Assembly: GCA_026770705.1 (NCBI GenBank)
Contig: JANJGN010000011.1
Location: forward strand, 73,656,001 to 73,720,000
Source of the DNA: Isurus oxyrinchus
Taxonomy: Eukaryota
Direction of reading: 5' to 3'
DNA length: 64,000 nucleotides
Part shown: positions 1 through 12,269 of the stretch, piece after piece
How the letters are laid out: the number at the start of each line of letters is the position of its first letter
How positions within the stretch are numbered: the stretch's first letter is position 1
Made by a program: the position numbers and the translations under genes
Notes under the pieces: model-generated
Databases searched by the model: none
The model's input: only the letters and a program-made list of their open reading frames with translations
What the model was told of the DNA's origin: nothing

Positions 1-433
1 TCTCGCTATATTGTCTGCTCAAGCCCCCGAACACACCCAACGCCAATGGGCATGGACAATTCCACCCTATATTTCAGCTACTTTTTGATTCAACTCCAAA
101 TATTCCTGGAATAAAGATTATAAAAATTGTATTTGCGCTACTTTTTTACTTGAGCACTGAAATTCAGTTGCAATTTTCAGAAAGGTCAAAACCTCTAGAT
201 ACCCATTTTGGTGAGGAGCTGCCTGGTAGCATCTTAATGAAGCCTAAACATTAAAAAGGACTGGACCTACTGCTGTCTGGTGAGCGCTACCTACAGCAGT
301 CTGGTGAATGGCCCATGTACCTGGGAGCTAATATTCCCCCTGTTCCCCCATTTATTGTTTTAGTTACCTGCCATTACCCTCTTCACAGTTGGTCTGCTGA
401 TGCACGGGTTTAACTACACATCATAACAACTAT

Positions 434-1757
434 TGTTAGGAATGAGAGATAATTTAAATAAGGTATGTTTGTATAGTGGGTGCTAGGAATGAGTTTTAGC
501 TTTAAGTTTAATTTGTATTTCTGTATTGGTGTGTTAAGAAAAGGGGAACTTTAAAAGATATCTGCATTCCGATGAGGTTTTATGACTCTTGAAGGGCATT
601 TAAAACAAATGCAAGGTTGAAAAAACTGCAGTTGTCTAGCAACAGGGGTTCAGAGAGAGGGACCCACAGAGACAGAGAAACTGAAAGGAATTTGAGTTCA
701 GTTGGTGATTATGCTCTAAGGTGGAGGAAGCAGTTTAAGTCTCTCTCTAGCTGGATATACTAGCACATTGTTGAAGAAAATAAGTCTAAGAATCTTAGAT
801 GAGTTGCTCTAAAGTTGAAATAATAGTGAATGTTAAGTGAGTTCTGGATCTCAAGGGTGATACCAAGCTGTCAGCAGTCTCCTAGAGAGGGAACTGCAGG
901 GAGCAGGTCCTAAAGGAAAAGGAGAAAAGTCCCAAGAAGACCTTTAAGCTAAATCAAGGAAAAGAACAGGAATCTGAAAAAGATCCTGTTAAGTGAAGTC
1001 AAGAGTGAGGAGCAGAGGAAGGCTTCAAATTTAGGAGAGAAAGCTGCAGAAAGCAGACTTAAAGCAAAATAGGCTTGCGAGAAGCCAGAAGATCCAAGTA
1101 GATATCCAAAGGTCTGTAACTCTTCACCATGAGCCTGTGAAGCAGTAGTGTTCTGTTGGTATGGCTGAGTATCTGAGAAATTGCGTGGAAGGTAAAGCTT
1201 GAATACACATGTTGATCTAAGGGAGAAGGACATCAGAGGCAGAGGTCGAAACCCTGGAGATGGATCCTTGGTGAAGACATCTAAGTAAAAGCTTCATTTG
1301 GGAGGAAGTTCCAAGGCTAGTTCTTCAAGAGTGGAAATCGGACCAATTGGCTCAGAGTATGACAAGCGCCTTGAGGGACTTGATGAGAGATCCATAGAAG
1401 TTGCTTTGGGTGGCATCTGTCACTTAACTTCCAAGTGTGGGGTCTGACCCCAGGTCGCCTATTGGTTACATGGACTGTATACTTACTGTGGACATTACGA
1501 CATAAGATAGATTTTGTTACTTGCATTAGCCTTACGAATCTGTCTATATATGCAGAGGTATAGTTGTGGGTGAAGGAGTGTTGTAATATAGTTCATATAG
1601 TTTAATATTTGTTAAAAGTTCATCAGCTGACTCCAGTGACTCTGTTTAGCAGCCGCCCTCCATGTTTCTGAACAAAAAATAAAAGTTAAGATCTATCAAG
1701 CCAGGTTCCACCTGGAATCTGACTTGTCCAGTAGTAACATCAGCTGGGACCATAACA
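434..1757 (+). mobile_element. Solo LTR-like element, family A copy 1 (~1.3 kb)
   Basis: Termini TGTTAGG...CATAACA, near-TSD ctat/ctgt, AATAAA near 1678, colinear similarity along its length with 5560-6864. Confidence 0.75.
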
Positions 1758-2869
1758 CTGTGAAGACATTTCAACTTTTTTGCATTATTTACAAAGGAGA
1801 ACATGCCCTGCAACATTATGGAGAGATTAGCCAACCTTAGGCCTGAAGTGGTACAGAGTAGATGCAATAAAGGGACAAAAGTTGGAGGACATCTGCTTTT
1901 CTTCCTCCTTATGCCTGCAGCAAAATATATGTATAGGACCACACACTAAGTGCATCACAAAACCTTTATTTGATTAAAAGGAACATGTGTACCTTGTAAA
2001 CCATTGTAATCTATCTTATTCTTCCTTGGATGTCACACAGAAACAAGAAACAATGGAGGGAAGCACTTGATTTGCAAAGTTTCTTTGTTTCAGGCCCTGA
2101 CAATGCTCCATTGCAAAAGCTGTCCTTCACCCTCTATCAGCTGCTTCAACCTCCAATCTCACTGGCCCTGCTTATAAAGGAAGGATGCTTGAAGAACGTG
2201 CAGCAGAATGCAGGGCCTGGGTATGTGGCAGGTGCAGGCTGATCTGAAGTATAGTTCCACTGCAGAAGCCCTAAAGACTGTTGTAGGTTCTGGTATGAAA
2301 GCACAGGCTATCATTATAGAAACCAGATTGGGAAGGTTTGTGGGGTGGGTGGAGGATGGAGAAAGAGGGATGCAGACATGGGGATAAGACCTGTAAAAAT
2401 TGGGGGGATGTGTCTGATGGCCTTTTCTTGAATATATAAAATATGTAACAGCTGACCAAGGGAACAGTATGTCGAAGCAAGAGGGGTTTTGCCTACTGAC
2501 AGGCTACTGTTCATGGAAACAATCCCCACTTTCAAATGTGAATTATTTTTATAAATAATTAAAAGTTTTGATCAGAAAATAATGGTATCAATTGAATTCA
2601 ATAATTGTAAGATATCTTATAGTTTGCACAATAATTTGAATAAAAATCCTTTTGTTCTCGAGGACCAAGCTAAACCCCTGCCTGTGATAAGTGTTTTCGC
2701 CTTTACAGTTTGCTTGACGTTATTGCATTAATCTCATTTGATTTGTATGGAGGTGCTGGTTGAAGCATGTCCTTTTTCTAGTTTAGCCTCATCTAATACC
2801 AGAGATTAAGAACATGTGAAGAAAATGCCATCTACAAACTTGCATTCTATCACACTGTTGAACAACATG

Positions 2870-3553
2870 GGCCTGAATTTTGTGCTCGTTGGGTGCGGGC
2901 AATTAACGGGCCCAGGAGCGGATGGGAAACAGTCCTTCAATCGCGATTGGCCCCCCGACCACGATTTCACGCTGACAGGCCAACTAACAGCCAGCCAGCG
3001 TGAAACCGGCCCTGAGAAAGACTCAACACTGCCAGTGGGGGCAGGAAGAGGGCGGGCGCCGATGTCACCACGGGTGCGGGTGAGCACTTCCACTGAGCTT
3101 CCTGGAGGCAGACAGCTGCTTTAGAAAGCTGCAGACCTCCAAATAATAAAAGGAAGCACAAAAATGCTGCACAAAAATGTCCATGTAGCACAAACAAGTG
3201 CCTGAAAGTATACCTCATAAAAGTGCTGTCCCCAGATATTTCTTTTTATTTTATATCTAATGGAGATTGCACCCAGTCTTGGGTGAGGTTTCATCAAAAA
3301 TATAAAACCCGCCTGGCTGATTGGCCCATTCCCCAACCATAAGGTTGAATAGGCCAAGAAAAATTGCTTACAATTGGGCTGTTAATGAACTTAATTGCCC
3401 GCATAATTTTTCGACGGGCGCTTTTCTGACTTTTGCCCGCCAAACGAAATATCGCACGAGTGCGCAATGATGTCAGGATGCTTGTCTGACGTCACCTCGC
3501 GCAATTTTATACCTGTTCGTGGGTACCCACCCACGGGATGTAAAATTCTGGCT
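2870..3553. mobile_element. Non-autonomous PIF/Harbinger-like DNA transposon (MITE-like)
   Basis: Imperfect TIRs gcctgaatttt / aaaattctggc and a GC/CpG-rich interior. The same terminal motif recurs in several elements in the window. Confidence 0.6.
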
Positions 3554-4259
3554 AGTCTTTTTACTACATGTGACATTGTGATCCTCACAAATAAATGAAT
3601 ATGCCAAATGGATCATAAGTTTGGCCTTGATGGATATTGAGGAGGTAGATAAAGTGGAGAAAACGTTTTATCTTACCCAAAAGCATGATGCACATAGCAA
3701 TGGAATAATTCTGCTTCAGTGAGTCATAGTTAACTCTGTATTTAAACTTCTGCATACAAGGGAAAGCTTTCCAAGGAAAGTACCTATTGGGTCTAAAATT
3801 CTCAGAAAGAGAAGTGTTCTGTGAAGCATTGCCATGAACACTGCAGATGAAGTTCTTGATTTTGAAGCACAAGCATGAGAATCACTGAACAGACTTACAC
3901 TTAATCTTTACAAATAATTAAAAATTAAAAACTAAGCCTATTAATAATTTGGGTTTCTGTTCATGCAATATTTTTCAATTTCCTCTTGCACTTTTTGAAA
4001 ATTACATGAGTAAAATTAGAGAATGCAAGAGAAATGAGATGTCCTGTGATATCAATGTTTGGAATACCTTTTTGTTTATCATGTTAATAATTAGATGGTG
4101 CGATTTAATTTAAGACAACTCCTCAAGTGGTGCTTTACACAGTGAGTCACCCTTCTTGCCAGTGCAAAAACAGAGGCTTTTGTTGCAATAACACAATGCA
4201 AATAACTGACACAGGAGGCAAATTTAGAAGAAATTTCGGCAATTGTTTTGAACCGTTTT

Positions 4260-4420
4260 ACTTTCATTCCTCATGGAATCTGACTGTGGCTGACAAGGGC
4301 AGCATTTGCTCACCATCCTTAATTGCTTTTGAGGTGGTGCTGGTGAACCCCCTTTTCAAACTGCTGCTGTCCATGTACCCAAGGTACTGTTAGGAAGGGA
4401 ATTCCAGGTTTTTGACTCAG
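4260..4420 (-). mobile_element. 3' tail fragment of the LINE family seen at 8190-9640
   Basis: The reverse complement resembles the ctcaagggcaa..gggatgggcaataaatgctg..gaatgaa tail also seen at 9590-9630 and 32840-32910. Confidence 0.5.
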
Positions 4421-4454
4421 GATGCTTGCATGCATCCTGCATCCACGATCCTTG

Positions 4455-5550
4455 GCTTACTGATATCACACTTGTCTCTGAATCACAAAGTCTGGGTTCA
4501 AGTTCCACTCTAGGCATTTCAGCACATAATATTGGCCAACATTTTAGTGTAGTATTGAGGGAATGTTACGCTGTTGGAGGCTCCAAATTTTGGATGTGAT
4601 GTTAAACTGAGGTCCTACCTGCCCTCTCAGGTAGCTGGAAAAGATCCCATAGCATTACATAAAGAAGGGTTGGGGAGTTATCCTGTTTTCCTGACCAATA
4701 TTTATACTGCAACTAACTATTAAAATAGATTAACTGGCTATTTATCTCACTGCTGTTTGTGGAATCTTGTTGTGCGCAAATGAACTAACCATTTTCTCAA
4801 CATTGTAAAGTGACAGCACTTCAAAATCATGGAATCATACAACACAGGAGATGACCATTTGGCCCATTGTGCCTTTTCTGGCTCTTTGAAAGATCTATTT
4901 GGCTCACTATCCTGCACTATCCCCATAGCCCTGCAAATATTTCCTTTTCAAGTATATGTTCAATTCCTTTTTGAAAATTACTATTGAATCTGTTTTCTTT
5001 ATCCTTTTAGGCAGTGTATTCTGTTAAATGCCTTTAAGGGATAACAGCATGCAACCCTGGAAGGGAAGTATGTCATGTGATCCAGTCTTAGTTTCACTTT
5101 GGCTTGTGAACAGAGCACAGCACACATGGCTTGGCTGCTGATGTCTTCAAGTTTTATGCACACGTATATCTGTTCCCATTAGCCTCGTCTTATTAAGTGA
5201 ATCCATTGAGTGATTGGTGCCTTTATATCATAATATAAACATGGTGTGATGTTCTTTCTACATGACATGGTGCATAGCGGTGGTAAAACAGTGTGGCAGC
5301 ACGATTAAGTACAGGTACGACATGGTGAACAGCCTTAAATTGTACTACATGACATGGTGTGCAGCCGTGGTTCCTTCTACATGACATATTCCAGATCATA
5401 ATAACTCAACGTGTAAAAAAAATTCTTATCCCTCCATTGTGCCCACCCCCACCCCACTACCTCCACCCCCAAGTTCTTTTGCAAAGGTTGGCTGTGAAGT
5501 ATTTTGGAATGTCTGATGATATGAAAGGTATTACATAGATGTGAGTTCAT
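4455..5550 (+). mobile_element. DeuSINE (SacSINE1-like), interrupted by a CR1 3' fragment (about 4830-5430) that itself carries a solo LTR
   Basis: tRNA-like head (gggttcaagttccactc) and Deu domain (ggggagtta..cctgaccaatatttat..ctgtttgtggaatcttgttgtgcgcaaat). The tail resumes at about 5490 (gtgaagtattttgg..gaaaggtattacatagatg). Confidence 0.7.
5022..5386 (+). mobile_element. Solo LTR (365 bp) with repeated LTR-end/PBS-like units at its 3' end
   Basis: TGTTA...TGACA termini with a perfect 5-bp TSD tattc (5017-5021 and 5387-5391). It splits a CR1 fragment. Confidence 0.7.
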
Positions 5551-5559
5551 ATGATTTTT

Positions 5560-6864
5560 TGTTAGGAAATAGAGATAGTTTTAACTAAGTTATATTTATA
5601 TTTGTGGGTGTTAGGAATGTGTTTTAGCTTTAAAGTTTAAGTTTGGTTTGTATTTCTGTATGTGTGTGTTAAGAAAAGGTCAAGTTGAGTTTTAGTTTCA
5701 GTTTAAAAGGTGAAATCTGGGATTTAGTTTCACTTTTGAGGGAGACAGCACATCTGAAGCTCTTGTATACCTGCATTTCTAATGAGATTTTTACAACTCC
5801 TGAAGAGAAATTAAAGCAAACACAAGGGTATAAAAGACTCTACTATTGCCAAGCAACAGGGATCCAGAGAGGGACCCTCACTCACCCACATACAGAGACA
5901 GAGAAAAAAAGCAGCAGTTTGAGTTCAGTTGGAAGAAGGTGCCAGGACAGGCAGGACGTGAAAAAGGACAGATAGTAGGTTCCAATCGAAAGAAGAAAGT
6001 CCCCAAAATCCAGGTGGGGGGGTGGAGCAGGAAAAAGTCCAAAGCAGACCTCCTAGTCTAAGGACGGACAGGAACTTGGGAAAGGTTCTGTTAAGTGAAG
6101 TTAAGAGTGAGGAGCAGAGGAAGACCCCAAGTGTCAAGTTTAAAGGAAGAAAAGCTGCAGGAAGCAGATTTAAAGTGAGGTGCCAGAAGGTCCAAAGAGA
6201 CAGCTGAAGGTCTGTAACTCTTTGCTATGGGCATGTGAAGTAGTGGTGCACTGGTGACAGCTGAGTCAGTGAGAGGAAGTGCGTGGAAGACAGCTTGAAT
6301 GTATGTGGTGGCCCAGGGAAGTGGAACATCAGAAGGTTAGTTTGAAAGCTTGGAGAAGGTTTGGGAGAAGATTAAAAAGTGAGTTCTTGGAGAGTGGAGA
6401 TTGGAAGCCCTCTTGTGAAAGTCAGAGTTCATTGAGACTGATTGGCTCACAATGTGACAAGCCTCTGGGCAGGAAGTTGATGAGAGATCCACAGCATCTG
6501 TTTGGGGTGGCATCTAGCACTTGTGGTGTGTCTGACCACAGGTTGGCAATTGATTTACATGGACTGTGTACTTAATGTGAACATTAGAGTATAAGAAGCT
6601 TTTGTAACTTGTGTTATCCTTACAAATATGTATATATCTGTGAAGGTATAGTTATGGATTAAGGAATATTGTAATATAATTCAGCCTTTCTTGTTTAATA
6701 GATGTTTTATTCTTTTGTTCTGAGTTCATCAGCTGGCTCCTGTGACTCTGTTCTGTAACCACTCTCCACGTATCTAAACAATAAGTAAAAGTTAGGATCT
6801 ATCAAGCTGGGTTCCACCCTGGGATCTGACTTGTCCAGTGGCAACCTCAGCTGGGATCATAACA
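5560..6864 (+). mobile_element. Solo LTR-like element, family A copy 2
   Basis: TGTTAGG...CATAACA termini, near-TSD tttt/cttt, colinear with 434-1757. Confidence 0.75.
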
Positions 6865-8189
6865 CTTTAAAGAAAGATGGAAAATTTGCTGTTAAGGCAA
6901 TCAAACTTCATCGCAGCTCCACTAATGTTGATAGTGCATTAATTATTACTTGCAATGTCTGGCATGAAAATCTATTTTTCTGTGCTAGATCAAAATGATC
7001 AGACAGGGTTGGGCTCTCAATGGAGTTAATTAATGCCATAGGGCTGCTAAAAATTGCAGGTATAAATATTTTTCGAATATTAGGGCTTGTTATTTAAGTT
7101 TTGACTTTTTATTTGAACTGGTACTCCCCTTCTTGCAATACCCCTTACTAATTAATTTGCCCAGTGTGTAGTTTTGTTGTGCAGTGCATTTCATATGAAA
7201 ACATTGTGAAGACGATCTAGTTGAATCATAAATAATAAAAGTACATTATCCTGAACCTTAAGTAGCAAACAGGGAAATGCATTCTGCTTACTATTTTCAG
7301 GGCTAACTGCCTTCCGTTTTGAAAGTTTTCAGACAGAAAATAAGCTTCAGCTTCACGCCTCGTATTTTCAGAACATCCATGAGATGTCAGTATCCTCCGC
7401 ATATCTTCTCTAGTACCAGTTAGAAATTCTACTTTACTTTCAATTCACAGCTCTCAGCCTGAGTGCTGCCCTGAGGGTAATTCCAGTCTGTGCTTTGGAT
7501 CTAAGATGGCCTTAGGCTGATTACAGTCTTTCTAAAAGTGCCAGAAGCCATAAGTGACCAAGAAACACCACCAACAACCTCTGTCTCTGTGATTTCTTGG
7601 CAAATCAACCAATGTTTATGTATGACAATTCCTGTCTGCTTTAATCAGAAAACTTGTATGATCTCACAGTTACTTTTGTCTGGTGATTTGTAAACATAGT
7701 GATCATGTAGATGTAAATATTTAATTATTTATAGATATTTAAGATTTTATTATTAAACTAATTGGTATATCAGGCCACTTGTTTACACACAAAAAGTTAA
7801 AGTTAAAAAACTTCCAGATACCCAGCTTCTTAGCAATATCCATCTCACATTTGTGACTATATCATCAACATGATAAGAATTATTTCTTGCAAACACAACA
7901 CATTTCTAATATCCTAAATATACACAAATAAGCTCTTACAGTATTGTAATGGGGTTTGCTTTAATGTATTAGCTAAAGACACCAGGGTTATTTTTGATAC
8001 TGTAACAGAGAAAAGCATTGGCCCACATTTTGCAGTCTTTGGTGAACAAATGTTCCTTACCGTTCAGTAGGCTAATCCTCAGTCAGAGAATTTCTTTGGG
8101 TTTTTACACTGTGGTTTGAGGTAATCAGACAGTTAAAACAGTGTGGCGCTATGCACAGGGAATCTGCACTTGTAACTGGACGAGGAAAC

Positions 8190-9640
8190 TGCAGACCACC
8201 GATCAGTGTACTCCTGAATTAACTACGCTTCTGTCCAAGCTGTTTCAGTACAGCTACAACACTGGCATTTAGCTGATAATGTGGAAAATTGCCCAGGTGC
8301 ATCCTGTCCACCTAAAGCAGGATGAATCTAGTTTAACCAAATACCACCCCAGTCTACCCTCAATCAGTCCACAAAAAGCAGCACAAATTTAACTAAGTTG
8401 CTTAACGTCCTATTAGTCTACTCTCGATCATCAGCAAGCATGGAGGGAGTCATCAACAGTATTCTCAATTGGCAGTTATTCACCTATAGCCTGCTCACTG
8501 ATGCACAGTTTAGGTTCTGTCAGGACATTTGGCTCTGGACCTCATTACAGCCTTGTCAAAATATGAATTCCAGAGGAGAGGGGAGAGTGACTGCCTTTGG
8601 CGTCAAAGCAACATTTGACTGAGTGTGGCACCAAAGAGCCTTAGCAAAACTGAAGTTGATGGAAATCAGGAGGAAAGTTCTCTAGAAGCTGGAGTCATAT
8701 CTGGCACAAAGGGCAATGGTTACGGTTGTTGGAGGCTAGTTTTATGAGCCCCAGGACTTCCACAGGGCACATCATTGGCACCAACCTTTTCATCAATTAA
8801 CCTCTCTCCATTATAATGTCAGAAGTGGGGCTTTTTGTTGAAGTCTGCACAGTATTCAGTTCTATTTACAATTCTTCAGTAAAGGAAACAAACATGCTCT
8901 CATGCAGCAAGACCCGGACAACATTCAGGCTTCGGCTGATAAGTGACAAGTAGCGAATGTGCCACACAAGGGTCAGGAAAAGGTCCTTTCCAACAAGATA
9001 GGGTCTAACCATCTCTCCATGGGATTCAATGGCTTTAACATTACCAAGTTGCCAAGCATCAACATCTTGGCTGTCACTATTGTTTGCACCAGCCTTACAA
9101 ATCCTGTGGATCAATAGGTCGTCAGAAATTGGGCATTCTGTTGGGAGTGGCTTACCTCCTGATGTATTAAATCCTCTCCATTACCTACAAACCACAAGTC
9201 AGGAGTGTGATGGAATAATTTACCCTTTGCCTGGATGGATGCAGCTGCAACAACACAGGACAAAGCAGTCCACATGATCAAAAGCCCATTCACTTCCTCA
9301 AACATCCACTCCCTTCACCATGGCTGAAATGTGTACTATTTGTAGGTTGCACAGCAGCAACTCACCAAGAATTCCTTAACAGTATCTCCCAACCTCTACC
9401 ACTGTGAAAGAGAAGAATAGCAGGCGCATGGGAACCCTGTGACCTCAAGTCACATGCCATCTCCATTTGGACATATATCACCGCTCCTTCACTGTGGGCT
9501 CACAATCCTAGGATTCCATACCCAACAGCATTGTGGGAGAATCTTCACCCAAAAGGATTGGAATGGCTCAAGAAGGTCTTCAGCACTTTCTCAAGGGTAA
9601 CAAGGGATGGGCAATAGATACTTGTGATGCTTGTAGCCTC
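8190..9640 (+). mobile_element. Degenerate LINE (CR1/L2 group), RT region and 3' tail
   Basis: Broken frames give KLFQYSYNTGI, MWKIAQVHPVH, SLLSIISKHG, VKATFD*VWHQRALAKL and LESYLAQR, which are non-LTR RT motifs. Confidence 0.75.
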
Positions 9641-9659
9641 ATTACCACCACAAAATCCA

Positions 9660-9830
9660 GGGTGATTTAAAGTAAACATTCTCCACAGCTCCTAGTCTCT
9701 GATCATTAAGCAAATATTCCAATTTACCTTTCTTGAATCCAAAGTGGATGACCTTACACATTTCCAAGCTGAACTCCATCTGCCATAGTTTTGCCCAGTC
9801 ACTTAATTTGGCCATGCATGCCCCTTTGTA
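9660..9830 (-). mobile_element. CR1 RT fragment
   Basis: ORF 9642-9926 contains LSDWAKLWQMEFSLEMCKVIHFG...YLLNDQRL. Confidence 0.75.
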
Positions 9831-11240
9831 ACTCTGGGGGAGTAAGCAGTGGAATGGGTTAAAGTTAGGTAACCCACCTAGAGAGAAATACCTGAGTATC
9901 TTGGGATGATCCAAGCAGAAATTCAAATGAATTATTTTACCTGCAACACAACTCCTTGAATCTTCGATCCATATGAATAATTTATATTGCTAATTGAGAC
10001 AATTGCCTTCTCACTAAATTCCCTGGCTCAATTACAAACTTAGAAAAGGATCATTCGTTGTTCAAGCTTTTTTCAATATTGACTCTGAGCTTGCACAAAA
10101 AGCACAGGTTAGCTTTTCAGATTAATAAACCCAGGCTTGTTTGAATGCAAGCTTAATGAGTTGAATGGTCTTGTTCCAAGTTGTAAAATTCTGAACTAAA
10201 AATGCCCAGAGGTGTCCTCCACATTAGGCTTTTCAGCAATCCTGCTGAACTCTAGAAAACAGAATCATCGTCATTTCCAAAACAGCACTGGAATAACAAA
10301 AGTTCTTTCAGAATTAGTTAAGTACATCTTTGTCTGTGGATGATATTACCAAGGGGTAGCAATCTATATAAGGAAGAGGAAAAGAAACATGCTAAAGTGA
10401 ATGCATGGTCAAAGACTCCATGCCGAGACATATTCCCACTAATGTAATGCTTCACAACATTTCGGGTTTTGCTTTTTTCTGGGAGTAGTCTAGGAAAATA
10501 CTAACAAGTCTGCTCCACCTTTGACCTATTATTTTATTCTTTTAGCAATTCTTGTGACCATATGTATCAAAATGTACCTTTGATTTAAGCTGGACATTAG
10601 CAGTTGACTATATACTGAAGAAAACTTGAAGGTATTGTTGGGCACTTTGTTGCAACAATCTAATTCGTGGTTTATATGTTTTAGGAGTTTTAACTGTAGA
10701 TAATTGGGGGCATATGATTGAGAAACTGATAAGCAGCTCTTGTAAATGCAACTCAAACAAGCCTGAGTTTATTACACTTAAAGGCCAGCCTGTGTTTGTC
10801 GTGCAAGGTCAGAGTTGATAGTAAAAAAAACTTGAACAATGAATTATCAATTTCTAAGCTTATATTTGAGCCAGGGGTCTGGAGAGAGGGCAGCTATGTC
10901 CATTAGCAATATAAATTATTCATATGGGTTGCAGATTCAAAGAGTTGCGCTGAAGATAAAATAATTCTTTTGAATTTCTGTTTGGATCATTCCAAAGCAT
11001 GCCATGTTGCCATAAAGATAATGATTCAGGATGGAGCCTTAGTTAGATGATTCTTTTTTCTAACTTATTGGTGTGTGTTTCTTCACAGAAACAGGCAGCT
11101 CAATTCAGTTCAGTTTGAGTTTCATGAGGGAAAAGCATCTGGAAGAAATCTATAGTGCTCCTCACAGATTCTCGAAGCAGAAAGCAATTCACTTGAAAAG
11201 AACTGTGCAGAAGCTGTGGGAGAAGACTTAGAAAAAATTC

Positions 11241-12269
11241 AAAACAAAAACAGAATTACCTGGAAAAACTCAGCAGGTCTGGCAGCATCGGCAGAGAAGA
11301 ACAAAGTTGACGTTTCGAGTCCTCATGACCCTTCAACAGAACTAAGTAAAAATAGGAGAGGGGTGAAATATAAGCTGGTTTAAGGTGGGGGGAGAGAAGT
11401 TGGGGGGAGGAGATGGTTGTAGGGACAAGCAAGCAGTGATAGGAGCAGATAATCAAAAGATGTCACAGACAAAAGAACAAAGAGGTGTTGAAGGTGGTGA
11501 TATTATCTAAAAGAATGTGCTAATTAAGAATGGATAGCAGGACAAGCAAGGTACAGCTCCAGTGGGGGTGGGGTGAAATAAGACTAAAATGGCATAAAAG
11601 GTATAGATTTAAAGATAATGGAAATAGGTGGAAAAGAAAAATCTATATAAATTATTGGAAAAAACAAAAGGAAGGGGGAAGAAACAGAAAGGGGGTGGGG
11701 ATGGAGGAGGGAGTTCAAGATCTAAGTTGTTGAATTCAATATTCAGTCCGGAAGGCTGTAAGGTGCCTAGTCGGAAGATGAGGTGCTGTTCCTCCAGTTT
11801 GTGTTGAGCTTCACTGGAAAAATGCAGCAAGCCAAGGACAGACATGTGGGCAAGAGAGCAGGGTGGGGTGTTAAAATGGCAAGCGACAGGGAGGTTTGGG
11901 TCTTTCTTGTGGATGGACTGAAGGTGTTCTGCAAAGCGATCACCCAGTCTGCGTTTGGTCTCTCCAATGTAGAGGAGACCGCATTGGGAGCAACAAATGC
12001 AGTAGACTAAGTTGGGGGAAATGCAAGTGAAATACTGCTTCACTTGAAAGGAGTATTTGGGACAATGGACGGGGAGGAGAGAGGAAGTGAAGGGGCAGGT
12101 GTTGCATCTTTTGCATATGCATGGGGAGGTGCCATAGGTGGGGATTGAGGAGTAGGAGTGATGGAGGAGTGGACCAGGGTGTCCTGGAGGAAATGATCCC
12201 TATGGAATGCCACCAGGGGTGTGAAGGGAAGATGTATTTGGTGGTGGCATCATGCTGGAGTTGGCGGAA
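11241..12269 (-). mobile_element. Penelope-like element, 5'-truncated, with GIY-YIG endonuclease and 3' pseudo-LTR
   Basis: ORF 11609-12043 reads NLVYCICCSQCGLLYIGETKRRLGDRFAEH...EEQHLIFRLGTLQPSGLNIEF. An 11-bp direct repeat agaaaaaattc flanks it at 11230-11240 and 12270-12280. Confidence 0.9.
11305..11343 (-). ncRNA. Minimal type I hammerhead ribozyme in the Penelope tail
   Basis: Minus strand AGTT-CTGTTGA-A-GGGTC-ATGAG-GACTC-GAAAC-GTC-AACT. Stem I is AGTT/AACT, stem II is GGGTC/GACTC, with GAAA and a GUC cleavage triplet. The core is CUGUUGA rather than CUGANGA. Confidence 0.7.

Noticed and set aside
5236-5386. CRISPR array interpretation of the repeat-spacer pattern
   Set aside because: The repeats are only 10-15 bp, the spacers are irregular, there are no cas genes and the context is vertebrate. 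LTR-end/PBS duplication explains it better.
8300-8435. About 70-bp internal duplication in a LINE RT fragment
   Set aside because: An ordinary old tandem duplication with no functional implication.
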